Positions 7,264 to 12,510 of a stretch of 12,510 nucleotides of DNA are shown here, piece by piece (the first letter of the stretch is position 1; every line of letters begins with the position of its first letter). The notes below the pieces were generated by a model. The model was not told the DNA's origin. It worked only from the letters and a program-made list of their open reading frames with translations, and made no database searches. The DNA lies in the NCBI GenBank assembly GCA_041492755.1, contig JBGPXN010000135.1:1-12510 (forward strand). Direction: 5' to 3'. Position numbers and translations under genes: made by a program. The stretch comes from Candidatus Methylomirabilia bacterium. GTDB lineage: Bacteria; Methylomirabilota; Methylomirabilia; Rokubacteriales; CSP1-6.

Positions 7264-7337
7264 CGATTCCTCCTCGCCTCGAGATACGTGACGCAGGCGT
7301 CCAGCGTCCCGAGCTTGGGGTAGTCGGCTTCGGGGAC
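7260..7337 (-). pseudogene. 3' fragment of an acyl-carrier-protein gene
   Basis: VPEADYPKLGTLDACVTYLEARRNR* fits the ACP C-terminal pattern (I/V)PE-D---L-T------Y(L/I). There is no start codon and no DS phosphopantetheine motif; the upstream sequence is ligA. Confidence 0.65.
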
Positions 7338-7339
7338 AA

Positions 7340-11199
<3,860 letters not shown>

Positions 11200-11215
11200 G
11201 ACCCCGGGCTTCGTC

Positions 11216-11231
11216 TGCACGGTGGATGCCG
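11216..11231 (-). promoter_or_regulatory. Putative sigma-54 promoter for polX-ligA
   Basis: Minus strand CGGCATCCACCGTGCA has GG-N10-GC spacing with GGCA and TGCA cores. Predicted +1 near 11205. Confidence 0.65.
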
Positions 11232-11297
11232 GACCCAGACGCCCCTATTTTCGGGCCCTTACCGTGGCTCCGCCGACGCCGTGGAGGCGAGGCGCGT

Positions 11298-11326
11298 GTG
11301 GGGCCAGCGCCCCAGTGGGGCACGCG
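11298..11326. promoter_or_regulatory. Putative upstream activator (bEBP) site
   Basis: TGGGGCCAGCGCCCCAGTGGGGCACGCG contains TGGGGC/GCCCCA half-sites. 11308-11326 matches 4790-4808 at 16/19 in reverse orientation. Confidence 0.5.
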
Positions 11327-11386
11327 CGCAACAGGCGCGGCCGGCGAGGCCGCGACGAGAATCGCGGGACGACACGGACTTGCGGT

Positions 11387-11402
11387 TGGCAGGCTGGCTG
11401 CA
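11387..11402 (+). promoter_or_regulatory. Putative sigma-54 promoter for the ribonucleotide reductase gene
   Basis: TGGCAGGCTGGCTGCA has GG-N10-GC spacing. Predicted +1 near 11413, a few nucleotides before GTG 11416. Confidence 0.65.
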
Positions 11403-11415
11403 ACGGCAAGCCCGC

Positions 11416-12510
11416 GTGGCCGACTTTTCCCCCAACGCGCTACGGGTGCTCGAGGCGCGCTATCTGCGCCGCGACGCGGCCCGCCAGGTCGCCGAGACGC
11501 CGACGGAACTGCTGCACCGGGTCGCCCGCGCCGTGTCGCAGGCCGAGCTGCTCCTCGGCACGGCCGCCGACGCCGATCGCTGGCAAGAGAGCTACCACGG
11601 CCTGCTCAGCTCGCTCGACTTCCTGCCCAACTCGCCGACCCTCATGAACGCGGGGACGCCGCTCGGCCAGCTCAGCGCGTGCTTCGTCCTGCCCGTGGAA
11701 GACTCGATCGAGGGCATCTTCGGCGCGCTGCGCGCGATGGCTCTCTTGCAGCGCGCGGGCGGCGGCACCGGCTTCGCGTTCTCGCGCCTGCGTCCGAAGG
11801 GCGACGTGGTCGTGTCCAGCGGTGGCGAGGCGTCGGGTCCCGTGTCGTTCATGCGGATCTTCGACTGCGCCACCGAGAACATCAAGCAGGGGGGGCGGCG
11901 GCGCGGGGCGAACATGGGCGCGCTGCGCGTCGATCATCCCGACATCCTCGAGTTCGTCGCGGCCAAGCGCATATCGGGCGCGTTCGCGAACTTCAATCTC
12001 TCGGTCGCGGTGACCGACCGCTTCATGGAGGCCGTGGCCAGCAGCGAGCACTACGAGCTGATCCATCCGTGCTCCCGGCGAGTGGCGGGCCGGCTCGACG
12101 CGCGGACCGTGTTCGACGCAATCGTGCAAGCGGCCTGGGAGACGGGCGACCCCGGCCTGCTCTATCTCGACGCGATCGCGCGAACGAACCCGACGCCCGC
12201 GCTCGGCGCGATCGAGACCACCAACCCCTGCGGCGAGGTTCCCCTGCTGCCGTGGGAGAGCTGCGTGCTCGGCTCGGTGAACCTGGCCAACATGGTGCGG
12301 ATCGAGCACGACGAACCGCTCCTGGACTGGGATCGCCTGGCGCGCGCCGTCGAGACGGGCGTGCGCTTCCTGGACGACGTCATCGAGGTGAACCGCGCTC
12401 CCCTCCCCGAGATCGCGGCCGCCACGCGCGCGACCCGCAAGATCGGGCTGGGCGTCATGGGATTCGCCGAGTGCCTGCTCTTGCTCGGCGTGCCCTACGG
12501 CTCGGACGAC
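11416..12510 (+). CDS. nrdJ: Class II (adenosylcobalamin-dependent) ribonucleotide reductase, NrdJ/NrdZ-type; 3' end lies outside the window
   Basis: Not in the ORF track because there is no stop in the window. Manual translation: MADFSPNALRVLEARYLRRD...FLPNSPTLMNAG...QLSACFVLP...GGGTG..FSRLRPKG...SGPVSFM...QGGRRRGANM...HPDI...NFNLSV...GDPGLL...TTNPCGEVPL...ESCVLGSVNL...RFLDDVI...RKIGLGVMG. Catalytic Cys, Asn and Glu are present. The frame is open upstream, so the start is uncertain. Confidence 0.92.
   Translation, partial: MADFSPNALRVLEARYLRRDAARQVAETPTELLHRVARAVSQAELLLGTAADADRWQESYHGLLSSLDFLPNSPTLMNAGTPLGQLSACFVLPVEDSIEGIFGALRAMALLQRAGGGTGFAFSRLRPKGDVVVSSGGEASGPVSFMRIFDCATENIKQGGRRRGANMGALRVDHPDILEFVAAKRISGAFANFNLSVAVTDRFMEAVASSEHYELIHPCSRRVAGRLDARTVFDAIVQAAWETGDPGLLYLDAIARTNPTPALGAIETTNPCGEVPLLPWESCVLGSVNLANMVRIEHDEPLLDWDRLARAVETGVRFLDDVIEVNRAPLPEIAAATRATRKIGLGVMGFAECLLLLGVPYGSDD

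Noticed and set aside
11440..12309. 289-aa - strand ORF
   Set aside because: Antisense to the RNR gene, which has all expected motifs on the + strand.

Overview
Very GC-rich bacterial DNA (over 70% by eye) carrying a stress/dormancy-type island. Left, + strand: the 3' end of a universal stress protein (USP) gene, an APH/choline-kinase-fold phosphotransferase translationally coupled to a protein with two APS-kinase-like P-loop domains, and a stand-alone receiver protein. Next, on the - strand: a ZIP metal transporter and a tandem USP. Middle, + strand: an internally deleted CBS-BON pseudogene, protein-L-isoaspartate methyltransferase (pcm) and an archaeal-type SAM synthetase. Then a ~110-bp relic of an ACP/OsmC-like gene junction, a - strand polX-ligA operon, and a divergent class II ribonucleotide reductase that runs off the window and is absent from the ORF track. 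The strongest unannotated signal is regulatory. The two divergent intergenic regions (~4716-4890 and ~11216-11402) each carry back-to-back sigma-54 -24/-12 motifs and share three further motifs at near-identical spacing. This suggests one sigma-54/enhancer-binding-protein regulon linking protein repair, DNA repair, dNTP supply and USP genes, similar in content to the mycobacterial DosR regulon. ligA also carries an in-frame palindromic insertion. All calls come from motif reading; no database searches were run.
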